This document shows, in pieces, positions 8,746-17,671 of a stretch of 64,000 bases of DNA. Both the position numbers and the translations under genes were made by a program. Numbering within the stretch: the first letter of the stretch is position 1; the number at the start of each line of letters is the position of its first letter. The stretch is from NCBI GenBank assembly GCA_032128115.1, contig JAQBHB010000041.1, positions 27,753 through 91,752 on the forward strand, in the 5' to 3' direction. The stretch comes from Deltaproteobacteria bacterium. GTDB taxonomy: Bacteria; Myxococcota_A; UBA9160; SMWR01. The notes under the pieces are model-generated. The model was not told where the DNA came from and did no database searches. It saw only the letters and a program-made list of their open reading frames with translations.

Positions 8746-9401
8746 TGAAGCGGGTTCTCGTCTCCCTTGCACTGGGTCTCGCCGTGCTGGGCTGCGACTC
8801 GCGCCGATACGACCAGGCGATCGGTGTACTGATCGACGTGTCGGGAACCTATTCGGACCAGCGCGCCGAGACGGTCAACGTGATCAAGCGCGAGGTCCTT
8901 CCGCACATGGTGCCCGGCGATACCCTGCTGGTGGTTCGCATCGACAGTGAGAGCTACGACCAGGAGAACGTGGAAGCCCTGCTCACCCTGGACCACCGGC
9001 CCTCCCACGCCAACGCCCAGAAGCTGGCCATGGCCCACAAGCTCGACGCCTTCGCCAAACAGCCGGTGAACGCGCGTCACACGGACATCCCGGGCGCCAT
9101 GATGTTGACGTCGGAATACCTGAACGAGATCGGCAGTGGGAGCCGCGTGATGCTGATCTTCAGCGACATGCAAGAGGATCTGCCTCCGGGCTCCAAGCGC
9201 GACCTGACGTCCGACGAGCTGCAGGGGACCCACGTGGTGGCCATGAACGTGAAGCGCCTCCAGCACGACACCGTCGACCCGGCGGTATTCCGCGATCGCC
9301 TGGAAACCTGGGGAGAACGGGTGACGGCAGCGGGCGCGGTCGAGTGGCGCACGTTCATGGACGCGACAAAGCTTCCGGACTATCTGGCGACGATCCGGTA
9401 G
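8745..9401 (+). CDS. Lipoprotein with a VWA/MIDAS-like fold (hypothetical)
   Basis: The ATG at 8745 overlaps the upstream TGA (TGATG). The lipobox is LAVLGC. A DxSxT MIDAS-like motif (VLIDVSGTYSD) is followed by alternating beta-strand and helix pattern (LLVVRID, VMLIFSDMQED). Confidence 0.55.
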   Translation: MKRVLVSLALGLAVLGCDSRRYDQAIGVLIDVSGTYSDQRAETVNVIKREVLPHMVPGDTLLVVRIDSESYDQENVEALLTLDHRPSHANAQKLAMAHKLDAFAKQPVNARHTDIPGAMMLTSEYLNEIGSGSRVMLIFSDMQEDLPPGSKRDLTSDELQGTHVVAMNVKRLQHDTVDPAVFRDRLETWGERVTAAGAVEWRTFMDATKLPDYLATIR

Positions 9402-9437
9402 TTCGCGGTCGTCACGCGCGGATTCGGCGCCTGTCGA

Positions 9438-11096
9438 TCAGCCGTTCCAGCGCTTCGCTTCTTCGATCATGTGGTTGGCGACGCGGTATGCGTTGGCAAG
9501 GATGGTGAGGGTGGGGTTGTAACCGCCCGACGTGGGGAAGCAGCTCCCGTCCACCACCCACAGATTCGGTACGTCGTGGGCCCGGCACCAGCGGTCGAGC
9601 ACCGATCTGGTGGGATCGTCGCCCATGCGGCACGTGCCGTGCACGTGGGCGCTGCCCTTCATGGCCGTCTGCTCGTCGATCCGGGTCACGCCCGGAATCT
9701 GGAGCAGCCACTTGCGGGAGGCTCCGCAGGCGTCTGCCAGGTCCGGCAGCTGCTCCGCGTACCAGCGATTCATGGCGATGTCGTTCGGGTGCTGGCGGTG
9801 GGTGATGCGCGCCACCGGCAGGCCGTCCGCATCCACCACCTCGGGATCCAGATCGACCCGGTTCTCCGGCATGGGTAGATCCTCGAGAATGCTCCCGATG
9901 GTGATGGCCCGCGGGAAATCGCGCAGGAATCGCTTGAGATCTGCCCCCCAGCTTCGGGTGAGTTCCGGATCGCCCTGGTTGCTCAGGGCGTAGACGATGG
10001 GCTGGCGCGTGAAGGAGTTCACCTCGGCCACGACCCCGCCGCGGATGAAGCCTCGGCTGGCGTCGCTGGGATGGAAGTCGTCGATGGCGCGATAGGCCTC
10101 GATTCCGGTGACACCCAGGGCAGGTTCGTCCACCAGGAATCGTATGGCGGCGTGGTGGTGCAGCATCAGGTTCCGGCCCACGAGACCACTCGAATTGGCG
10201 AGGCCCTCTGGAAACGATCCCGACCGGGACGAAAGCAACAGGAGCGGCGACCCGATGGCGCTGCAGGCGACCACCACCCGCCGCGCCCGCACCTCGTGGA
10301 GGTTGCCGTTCGCGTCCAGGTAACGCGCACCCCGAACGCGACCGTCCCCAGCGACTGGAAGATCGAAGACCCTGGCGTTGGGACGCAGGTCCAGCCGGCC
10401 GGTGGCCCGGGCGCGCGGCAGGCAGACCGACAGGGTCGAGGCCTTGGCGTGGATGGCGCACCCGTAGCCCTGGCATGCGCCGCCATAGCTGCAACCGCTG
10501 CGTCCCTGGTAGTTCGACGGGTTGATGGCGACGGGAAGCGGAAACGGGTGGTGGCCCAGCGCGCGCGCGCCTCGTTCGAAGATCCGGCTGGAAATGCGCT
10601 CCGGATGGGGCGCGTGGGGATACTCGGCCGCCTGGGGTGGTGCGAATGGATTGGCGCCGCGCCGGCCCGCCACACCGAAATCGCGCTCGGCGCGCGCATA
10701 CCCGGGCTCGAGTTCGTCGTAGCCAAGGGGCCAATCGGCCAGGCTCGCGCCAGACACCGGCCCTTCGCTCGAGAGCACCCGGAAATCGTCCTCGCGGAAT
10801 CGCCACGACCAGCCCGACCAGCGGGTCATGCTGCCCCCCACCGCGTGGGCGAGCTGGTTGTAGCGGCCGGGCACGGCGGGCTCGCCCGGGTCGTGGCGAT
10901 AGGTCTCGAGCTGATCCGGGGCAAAGAGCCGATCGCGGACGATGACCTCGAGCTCGTCATCCACGAACTGGCTGCTGGAGAGTTCGGGTCCGCGCTGCAG
11001 GGCCACCACCCGGAATCCCGCCTCCGCGAGCTCCTGGATCATCACACCGCCGCCCGCGCCGGTTCCGATCACGCAGACGTCGAACTCGGCCCGCAC
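9438..11096 (-). CDS. GMC family FAD-dependent oxidoreductase
   Basis: The N-terminal FAD fold is FDVCVIGTGAGGGVMIQELAEAGFRVVALQRG, and the C-terminal region is GMC-like (HVHGTCRMG, NLWVVDGSCFPTSGGYNPTLT). The start was set to GTG at 11096, preceded by GGAGGAGG. Confidence 0.85.
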   Translation of the reverse strand: MRAEFDVCVIGTGAGGGVMIQELAEAGFRVVALQRGPELSSSQFVDDELEVIVRDRLFAPDQLETYRHDPGEPAVPGRYNQLAHAVGGSMTRWSGWSWRFREDDFRVLSSEGPVSGASLADWPLGYDELEPGYARAERDFGVAGRRGANPFAPPQAAEYPHAPHPERISSRIFERGARALGHHPFPLPVAINPSNYQGRSGCSYGGACQGYGCAIHAKASTLSVCLPRARATGRLDLRPNARVFDLPVAGDGRVRGARYLDANGNLHEVRARRVVVACSAIGSPLLLLSSRSGSFPEGLANSSGLVGRNLMLHHHAAIRFLVDEPALGVTGIEAYRAIDDFHPSDASRGFIRGGVVAEVNSFTRQPIVYALSNQGDPELTRSWGADLKRFLRDFPRAITIGSILEDLPMPENRVDLDPEVVDADGLPVARITHRQHPNDIAMNRWYAEQLPDLADACGASRKWLLQIPGVTRIDEQTAMKGSAHVHGTCRMGDDPTRSVLDRWCRAHDVPNLWVVDGSCFPTSGGYNPTLTILANAYRVANHMIEEAKRWNG

Positions 11097-11175
11097 GCCC
11101 GTAACCCCTCCTCCGGACTCGCCCGCGGCACCGGGGTCCGGATAAGATGAAAGTCTACATGAGAAGCACGCTCCC

Positions 11176-14100
11176 ATGACCCTTCGCTGCCCCGCCTGCG
11201 ACCACGAGAACCGATCGGGCCGTCGCTTCTGCACCGAGTGCGGCTCGGGTCTCCCCCACCCGTGTCCGGCGTGCGGCGCCGAGAACGAGACCCGCGACAA
11301 ATTCTGCGGCCAGTGCGGAGCGGCGCTCGTCGCGGGTCGGACCTACGCAGCGCCGACCTCCGCCGAGGCGGCGCCCGCCCCTCGCGACTACACCCCCCGG
11401 CACCTGGCCGAGAAGATTCTCACTTCGAAGAGTTCCCTGGAAGGCGAGCGCAAGAACGTCACGGTGCTCTTCGCCGACGTGGCCGGCTACACCTCGATTG
11501 CCGAGGCCTCGGACCCGGAAGCCATGCACGCGCTCATGGATCGCTTCTTCCAGCGCGTGCTGGCCGAGGTACACCGGGTCGAAGGCACGGTAAACCAGTT
11601 CACCGGCGACGGTGTGATGGCGCTGTTCGGGGCGCCGATTGCCCTGGAAGACGCGCCGCGGCGCGCCGTGTTGGCCGCCCGCGCAATCCAGCGGGCCATC
11701 GAGCCCCTGGGCGACGAAGTCCGCGAACGCCTGGGTGTGGACTTCCGCGTGCGCATCGGGATCCACACCGGGCCGGTGGTGGTGGGGCGCATCGGCGACG
11801 ACCTGCGCATGGACTACACGGCTGTGGGGGATACCACGAACCTGGCCGCACGCCTGCAGCAGTTGGCCGAACCCGGCGCGATCTTGATCTCCAGGGCCAC
11901 CCAGCAACGGGTCGACCCGTTCTTCGAATTGACCGACCTGGGAGAGCTGGCCGTGAAGGGCAAGGCGCAACCGGTTCGCGCCTTCCAGGTCGGGGCCGAA
12001 CGCCCGGTGAGCGGTCGCGTGGAAGCGGGCGCCGGCGCGGGCCTCACGCCGCTGGTGGGGCGCGAGCGCGATCTGGCGACCGTGGCGTCGGCCTTCGACG
12101 CCGCCAGGAGCGGACGCGGCCAGGTGGCATTCCTGGTGGGCGACGCGGGCATCGGAAAATCGCGTCTTCTCTACGAGTTCCGGAGTCGGCTGGCCGATCG
12201 ACCCCACACCTGGTTCGAGGGACGCTGCGCGGCGTACGCGCGAGCCAGCGCCTTCCAGCCCGTCGTGGACGGCCTGAAGCGACTCTTCGGAATCGAAGAC
12301 CGCGACGACGACGCCAGCATGCTCGCCAAGATCGATGACGGCATCGCGGCGGCACCCGGCGAACTGGCCTGGACGATCCCATTCGTGCGCGTGCTGCTCT
12401 CGCTACCCGCCGGGGATCCCGCCGTCGAAGCCATGGACGCCGCCGGACGCCGCAGCGAGAGCATCCGCGCGTTGTACGCCTTCTTCTTCGCCTACGCTGA
12501 GGCCGCCCCCCTGGTGTTCGTGATCGAGGACCTGCACTGGATCGACCCGGCGTCCGAGGAATTCCTGGGCTTCCTGTCGGATTCGCTGCCAGCCTCCAAG
12601 GTGCTCGCGGTCTACACCCACCGCCCGGGCTATCGCCACCCCCTCGGTGACCGCAGCTACCACGTGCGGGTGGCGTTGCAGCCGCTCTCGACCCACGAGA
12701 TGACGACCATGGCCGGAGTCCTGATGGAATCGGGAAGGCTTCCGGAGGCGCTGGGGGAGTTGATCGCCTCCAAGGCCGAGGGAAATCCATTCTTCGTCGA
12801 AGAAGTCACCAAGTCGCTGCTTGACGACGGGGCTGTTCGCATCGTCGACGGCAGAGTCGAGCTGGCGCGCGATCTCTCGGAGATCTCGGTGCCTGACAGC
12901 ATTCACGACGTCTTGATGGCGCGAATCGACCGACTGTCCGACGAGCCCAAGCACGCCATCCAGGTGGCCTCCGTCATCGGTCGCGAGTTTGCCCTGCGCC
13001 TGCTGCAGCGCATCACCGACGCAGGCGACGCGGCGTCGGCGGCGGTAGAGGAGCTGCGCTCGCTCGAGCTGATCTACGAGAAAGCGGCGCACCCGGAACT
13101 GGCGTTCATGTTCAAGCACGCGCTCACCCACGACGTGGCGTACGAGAGTGTCCTGGTCCAGCGGCGGCGGGCCCTGCACCAGATCGTGGGGACCGCCATC
13201 GAGGACCTCTACCAGGATCGCCTGGCCGAACACTACGAATCGCTGGCGCACCACTTCGCCCGGGCCGAAGACTGGGAGCGGGCGTTCCTCTACCACGGGC
13301 AGGCCGCCGAGAAGGCCGCCGCCGCCTACGCGAACCATTCGGCGGCCGAGCACTACCGGGAGGCCCTGGCCATCGCCGGGCGCCTGGGCGACAGCGTGTC
13401 CCGATCGCTTCTGCAACGGCTGAGCGAGGGGCTGGGCAGCGTGCTGTGGCTGCTGTCGTATTTCGATCAATCGGGCGATGCCCAGCTGCGCTCCGCCGAG
13501 TGGGCCGACAACCCTGCGACGCGCGCCCGGAACCTGGCCTGGGCAGGCCACGGGAAACTCTGGGGCCACGACTACGCCGAGGCTCGCGCGTGCGCCGAGC
13601 GTGCCATCGAAGTCTCCCGCGAACACGACCTGCCCGGCGCCCATGCCCTGGCCCTCGCCTGTCTGGACGAAGACGACCTGGTGCACGGGCGCGTCACCGA
13701 CGACTCGCTGGCGGCCGAGGCCATGCGCCTGGCGGAGATCTCGGGCGACCCGGAGGCCCGGATCCTGGCCCTGCAGCAGATGTTGCAGCGCCTGGAGTGG
13801 CGGGGGGAATTCCGCGAGGCCCTGAAGGTGGGCAAAGCCGCCATCGCCATCGCGCAGGAAAAGCGGCTCAGTACCCTTGCAGTGTTTCCGTCGTGGTTCT
13901 GCGGGCTCGCACTCACCTGCCTGGGCGATTACGGAACGGCGCTCGAGTGGATGCAGGGTTCGCTGGACGTGTGCGGGCGCCTGGGCGACCGCGCACTCTC
14001 GGCGCGGGTGCTCAATACCCTGGGCTGGTGCTATGCGGAGTTCGGCGCACACGATCGCGCCAGCGAGTTCAACCGCCGCGGCGAGGAGATGGCCCGCGAG

Positions 14101-14706
14101 ATCGTAGAGCTACAGGTGGTGGCGAGCGCTCCGGAGCTCCACGCCAACGCCGCGATCAACCTGGCCGGCAACTACGTGGCCATGGGAGATCCGGAGCGTG
14201 CCGACGCCCTGGTGCTGCCCATCCGGGAAGAGCTATCCAAGCCTGGCGATCCGTGGCAACGCTGGCGCTACTCCATGCATGTCAGCCACGCGTTGGCCCG
14301 GGTGGCGCTGGCGCGGCACGACCCGGAGACGGTGCTGCGACTCACCCAGGAGGAGTTGGACGCCGCCCGGGCCAACCCCTCGCGAAAGATCGAGGCACGG
14401 GCGCTCGAGCTTCGCGGTCGCGCCCTCCTGATGAAGGACGAGCGAGACGTCGCCGAGGAAACCCTGCACCGGGCGCTCGAGATCGCCGTCGCCATCGAGT
14501 ACCCGCCGGTCCAGTGGCGCGCCCACGCACTCCTGGCGGAGCTCTGGCGCCGGCGTGACGACGCGCCCCGGGTGGAACGCAGCCTGGCCTCGGTGCGCAC
14601 GCTGATCCGGCACCTGGGCAGGTCCATCCCCGACCCGGATCTCCAGCGCGGGTTCCGGGGGCTGGCCGATCGCCTGGAAGCCGACCCGTTCGCCGCCTGT
14701 CGCTGA
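11176..14706 (+). CDS. Double zinc-ribbon / class III adenylate-guanylate cyclase / AAA(STAND) ATPase / TPR signalling protein
   Basis: 1176 aa. Zinc ribbons: CPACDHENRSGRRFCTECG...CPACGAENETRDKFCGQCG. Cyclase core: VTVLFADVAGYTSIAE, FTGDGVMALFGAP, RIGIHTGPVVVG. P-loop: LVGDAGIGKSRL. The C-terminal half is a long TPR-like helical region. Confidence 0.9.
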   Translation: MTLRCPACDHENRSGRRFCTECGSGLPHPCPACGAENETRDKFCGQCGAALVAGRTYAAPTSAEAAPAPRDYTPRHLAEKILTSKSSLEGERKNVTVLFADVAGYTSIAEASDPEAMHALMDRFFQRVLAEVHRVEGTVNQFTGDGVMALFGAPIALEDAPRRAVLAARAIQRAIEPLGDEVRERLGVDFRVRIGIHTGPVVVGRIGDDLRMDYTAVGDTTNLAARLQQLAEPGAILISRATQQRVDPFFELTDLGELAVKGKAQPVRAFQVGAERPVSGRVEAGAGAGLTPLVGRERDLATVASAFDAARSGRGQVAFLVGDAGIGKSRLLYEFRSRLADRPHTWFEGRCAAYARASAFQPVVDGLKRLFGIEDRDDDASMLAKIDDGIAAAPGELAWTIPFVRVLLSLPAGDPAVEAMDAAGRRSESIRALYAFFFAYAEAAPLVFVIEDLHWIDPASEEFLGFLSDSLPASKVLAVYTHRPGYRHPLGDRSYHVRVALQPLSTHEMTTMAGVLMESGRLPEALGELIASKAEGNPFFVEEVTKSLLDDGAVRIVDGRVELARDLSEISVPDSIHDVLMARIDRLSDEPKHAIQVASVIGREFALRLLQRITDAGDAASAAVEELRSLELIYEKAAHPELAFMFKHALTHDVAYESVLVQRRRALHQIVGTAIEDLYQDRLAEHYESLAHHFARAEDWERAFLYHGQAAEKAAAAYANHSAAEHYREALAIAGRLGDSVSRSLLQRLSEGLGSVLWLLSYFDQSGDAQLRSAEWADNPATRARNLAWAGHGKLWGHDYAEARACAERAIEVSREHDLPGAHALALACLDEDDLVHGRVTDDSLAAEAMRLAEISGDPEARILALQQMLQRLEWRGEFREALKVGKAAIAIAQEKRLSTLAVFPSWFCGLALTCLGDYGTALEWMQGSLDVCGRLGDRALSARVLNTLGWCYAEFGAHDRASEFNRRGEEMAREIVELQVVASAPELHANAAINLAGNYVAMGDPERADALVLPIREELSKPGDPWQRWRYSMHVSHALARVALARHDPETVLRLTQEELDAARANPSRKIEARALELRGRALLMKDERDVAEETLHRALEIAVAIEYPPVQWRAHALLAELWRRRDDAPRVERSLASVRTLIRHLGRSIPDPDLQRGFRGLADRLEADPFAACR

Positions 14707-14769
14707 CGCCCCGCCGATCCGGCCGTCGCCGACGGTGACTTTTCCAGGTCATGCGTCTAGGCTGGGGGC

Positions 14770-16008
14770 GTGCCCGTCGAGATCACCTGTCCCGAGGTCT
14801 TCGGGGTCACCGAGTCGAGCCTGACCCTTGCCTTCGACGTAACGGAGGGCCCCCGCGCCCTGGACCTCGAAGCCCGCGTGCTCCTGAACGATCAGGTGCA
14901 CGCCGTCTCCGAAGGCATGGGAACGCGGCTGGTCCGCATGGAAGGGCTCGAACCGGACACCACCTACCGCATCCGCATCCAGGTGGGTGGCGCCCCGGAA
15001 GCGGCGAACGACCGCTACTTCCCCGAAGCCGTCACGACGCTACCGACCGCACCGGGCGCTCCGGTGGGCTCGTTCGCCACCCTGAACGATCTCCACTTCG
15101 GCGAACTCCGCTTCGGCGGCATGCTCGCCCCCGACGGCGAGTTCGCCGGCGAAGCGCCGGGCTTCGGCATCGCCAAGGCCACGGACACGGATGTGCCCTA
15201 CTGGCGCTTCATGAACGAGGACGCCATCGCCGAGATCAACGAGACCGGCGTGGACCTCACGATCATCAAGGGCGACATCGCCGATCGGGGGCGTCCGGAA
15301 CAATTCGAGGACGCGGCCGCGGCGTTCTCCGGATTCTCCATGCCCCACCACGCCTTCCTGGGAAACCACGACTACTACGGGCTCGAGGCGGGCCTCGATG
15401 TCGACGGATACGCCCTGTTGGGGCAGCCGCGCGCGCCGCGCAGTCTCGATCTCGGCGGTTGGCGCCTGGTGCTGCTGGAAACGGTGGAGCCCGGCGAGCA
15501 CCACGGCGTGTTCGGCGAGGAGCGACTTCGCTGGCTCGACGAGACACTCCGCGAGACCCGCGAAACGCGCACGCCCACAATGCTCTTCATGCACCACCAC
15601 CCGGTGCCGCCCGAATTTCGCAATGGCTACCCCAATACCATCGGGATCGATCCGGAGCACTCGGTGCGCCTGTTCGACACCCTGGGAAGTCACCCCCAGG
15701 TTCGCGGCGTGCTGATCGGCCACACCCACCGCAATCGTATTCGACATTACTCGGAGTCGGGCCCGATCCCGTTCATCGAGGTGAATTGCACCAAGGACTA
15801 CCCCGGCGGCTTCGCCCACTATCGACTCTTCGAGGACGGGAGCTTCCGCCAGGAGGTGAGGCGCACGTCCAGCGAACGGGCACTGGCCCACTCGTCGCGC
15901 TGCCGTGATTTCTTCAAGGGGGGCTACCGGAACTTCGCCCTGGGCGCTCTCGAGACCCGAAGCTTCGCCGTGGGAGAGCCCCGGAGCCGGACCGGAGCGG
16001 GAGTCTAG
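14770..16008 (+). CDS. Calcineurin-like metallophosphoesterase with an N-terminal FN3/PAP-like domain (class III phosphodiesterase-like)
   Basis: GTG start. The motif series is LNDLHFG, IIKGDIADRG, LGNHDYY, FMHHHP, GHTHRN. Confidence 0.8.
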   Translation: MPVEITCPEVFGVTESSLTLAFDVTEGPRALDLEARVLLNDQVHAVSEGMGTRLVRMEGLEPDTTYRIRIQVGGAPEAANDRYFPEAVTTLPTAPGAPVGSFATLNDLHFGELRFGGMLAPDGEFAGEAPGFGIAKATDTDVPYWRFMNEDAIAEINETGVDLTIIKGDIADRGRPEQFEDAAAAFSGFSMPHHAFLGNHDYYGLEAGLDVDGYALLGQPRAPRSLDLGGWRLVLLETVEPGEHHGVFGEERLRWLDETLRETRETRTPTMLFMHHHPVPPEFRNGYPNTIGIDPEHSVRLFDTLGSHPQVRGVLIGHTHRNRIRHYSESGPIPFIEVNCTKDYPGGFAHYRLFEDGSFRQEVRRTSSERALAHSSRCRDFFKGGYRNFALGALETRSFAVGEPRSRTGAGV

Positions 16009-16010
16009 CC

Positions 16011-16760
16011 GTGGCAGGACTGGTGGAAGGCAAGGTCGCGCTGGTCACCGGAGCCGCGTCCGGAATCGGGCGCGCCACGGCGCAGGCCCTGGCGCGCGAG
16101 GGTGCTCGCGTGATGCTGTCGGACCTGGATGACGACGCGGGCCAGAAGGCTGCCGCGACGCTGCCAGGGGCCCGCTACGTGCACTGCGACGTGACGAGCG
16201 AAGACGGCGTGAAGGCCATGGTTGCCGCAACCCTCGACGCCTACGGGCGACTGGATTGCGCCGTCAACAATGCGGGCATTACGCCGCTGCCAGGCCCGCT
16301 CCACGAGCTTGCGCTCGACGAATGGAACCGCACCTTGACGATCAACCTCACCAGCGTCTTCTTGTGCATGAAGTACGAGATCCCCGTGATGCAGAAGCAG
16401 GGCGTCGGGTCCATCGTCAACATGGCCTCGGGAGCGGGGATCGTGCCCACACCCGGCCTGGTGAGCTACTGCGCGTCGAAGCACGGCGTGCTGGGGATCA
16501 CCAAGACCGCCGCGGTGGAGAACGCGACCACCGGGGTGCGGGTGAACGCCCTGTGCCCAGGCTGCATCGACACGCCCATGCTGCGCACCACCATGGATCG
16601 CGACCCAAAAATCGAGAAGATGATCCTGGCCTCGCTTCCGGGCGGCCGCCTGGGAAACCCGGAGGAAGTTGCTGAAGCGGCGGTGTGGCTGTGCTCGGAT
16701 CGCGCATCGTTCATCTCCGGCGATTCGATGCTGGTGGACGGCGCCGCGGTGGCGCGCTAG
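16011..16760 (+). CDS. SDR family oxidoreductase (FabG-like)
   Basis: Motifs VALVTGAASGIGRA, NNAG and YCASKHGV. The gene begins 2 nt after the upstream stop. Confidence 0.9.
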   Translation: MAGLVEGKVALVTGAASGIGRATAQALAREGARVMLSDLDDDAGQKAAATLPGARYVHCDVTSEDGVKAMVAATLDAYGRLDCAVNNAGITPLPGPLHELALDEWNRTLTINLTSVFLCMKYEIPVMQKQGVGSIVNMASGAGIVPTPGLVSYCASKHGVLGITKTAAVENATTGVRVNALCPGCIDTPMLRTTMDRDPKIEKMILASLPGGRLGNPEEVAEAAVWLCSDRASFISGDSMLVDGAAVAR

Positions 16761-16774
16761 CTCGAAGCGTCGCA

Positions 16775-17644
16775 GTGAAATTCATCACGTCGCTGGCCTT
16801 CCAGGACCCCACCCACGCCTGCTCCGTGGCGCGGGTCGCCGACGAGTGCGGCTGGGACGGAGTCATGGTCTCGGACCATGTCGTGCACCCGGAGAAGATC
16901 GAGTCGCCCTATCCCTATACCCGGGATGGCGCTCCCCGTTGGGAGGCGCCGGCTCCCTGGCCCGACCCCTGGGTCGCCATCGGCGCGATGGCCGCAGTGA
17001 CCGAGCGGCTGCGCTTCTACACCGGCATCTACGTGCTGCCCCTGCGCAATCCCTTCGTCGTGGCCAAAGCCATCGGAACGGCGGCCGTCATGTCGAACAA
17101 CCGCGTGGTGCTTGGCGTGGGCGCGGGATGGATGCGCGAGGAGTTCGAGCTGCTGGAACAGGGCTTTCGGCAGCGAGGCCGGCGCATGGACGAAATGATC
17201 CAGGTGATCCGCCTTCTCTGGGGCGGCGGCATGGTGGAGCACCACGGCGAGTTCTACGACTTCGATCGCCTCCAGATGAGCCCGGCGCCCAGTGAGCCGA
17301 TTCCCCTGTTGGCGGGCGGCCTGTCCGAGCCGGCGCTGCGCCGCGTGGGTCGCCTGGGCGACGGTTGGATCTCCGATATCCACACCCGCGAGGAACTCCG
17401 TCAGATCGTGGAACGCATCCGCGCCTATCGGGCCGAGTACGGTCGTGCGGACGAGTCCCTGCAGATCGTGGCCGCCTGCTCCGACACCTTCGACGTGGAC
17501 GGCTTTCGCCGCCTGGAGGACGCGGGCGTCACCCACCTGCAGACCATGCCCTGGTTCTTGTACGGCGGCTCCTCCGATTCCCTGCAGGACAAGATCGACG
17601 GCCTGCGCCGCTTCGCCGACCAGATCATCGCCAAGCTGCGTTAG
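16775..17644 (+). CDS. Luciferase-like monooxygenase (LLM) family, F420-dependent-type oxidoreductase
   Basis: GTG at 16775, in frame within ORF 16685..17644. LLM-like sequence includes CGWDGVMVSDHV, RLRFYTGIYVLPLRNP and GVGAGWMREEFE. Confidence 0.75.
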   Translation: MKFITSLAFQDPTHACSVARVADECGWDGVMVSDHVVHPEKIESPYPYTRDGAPRWEAPAPWPDPWVAIGAMAAVTERLRFYTGIYVLPLRNPFVVAKAIGTAAVMSNNRVVLGVGAGWMREEFELLEQGFRQRGRRMDEMIQVIRLLWGGGMVEHHGEFYDFDRLQMSPAPSEPIPLLAGGLSEPALRRVGRLGDGWISDIHTREELRQIVERIRAYRAEYGRADESLQIVAACSDTFDVDGFRRLEDAGVTHLQTMPWFLYGGSSDSLQDKIDGLRRFADQIIAKLR

Positions 17645-17671
17645 GGCCATCTCTGGTATAGATCCGCAGCG

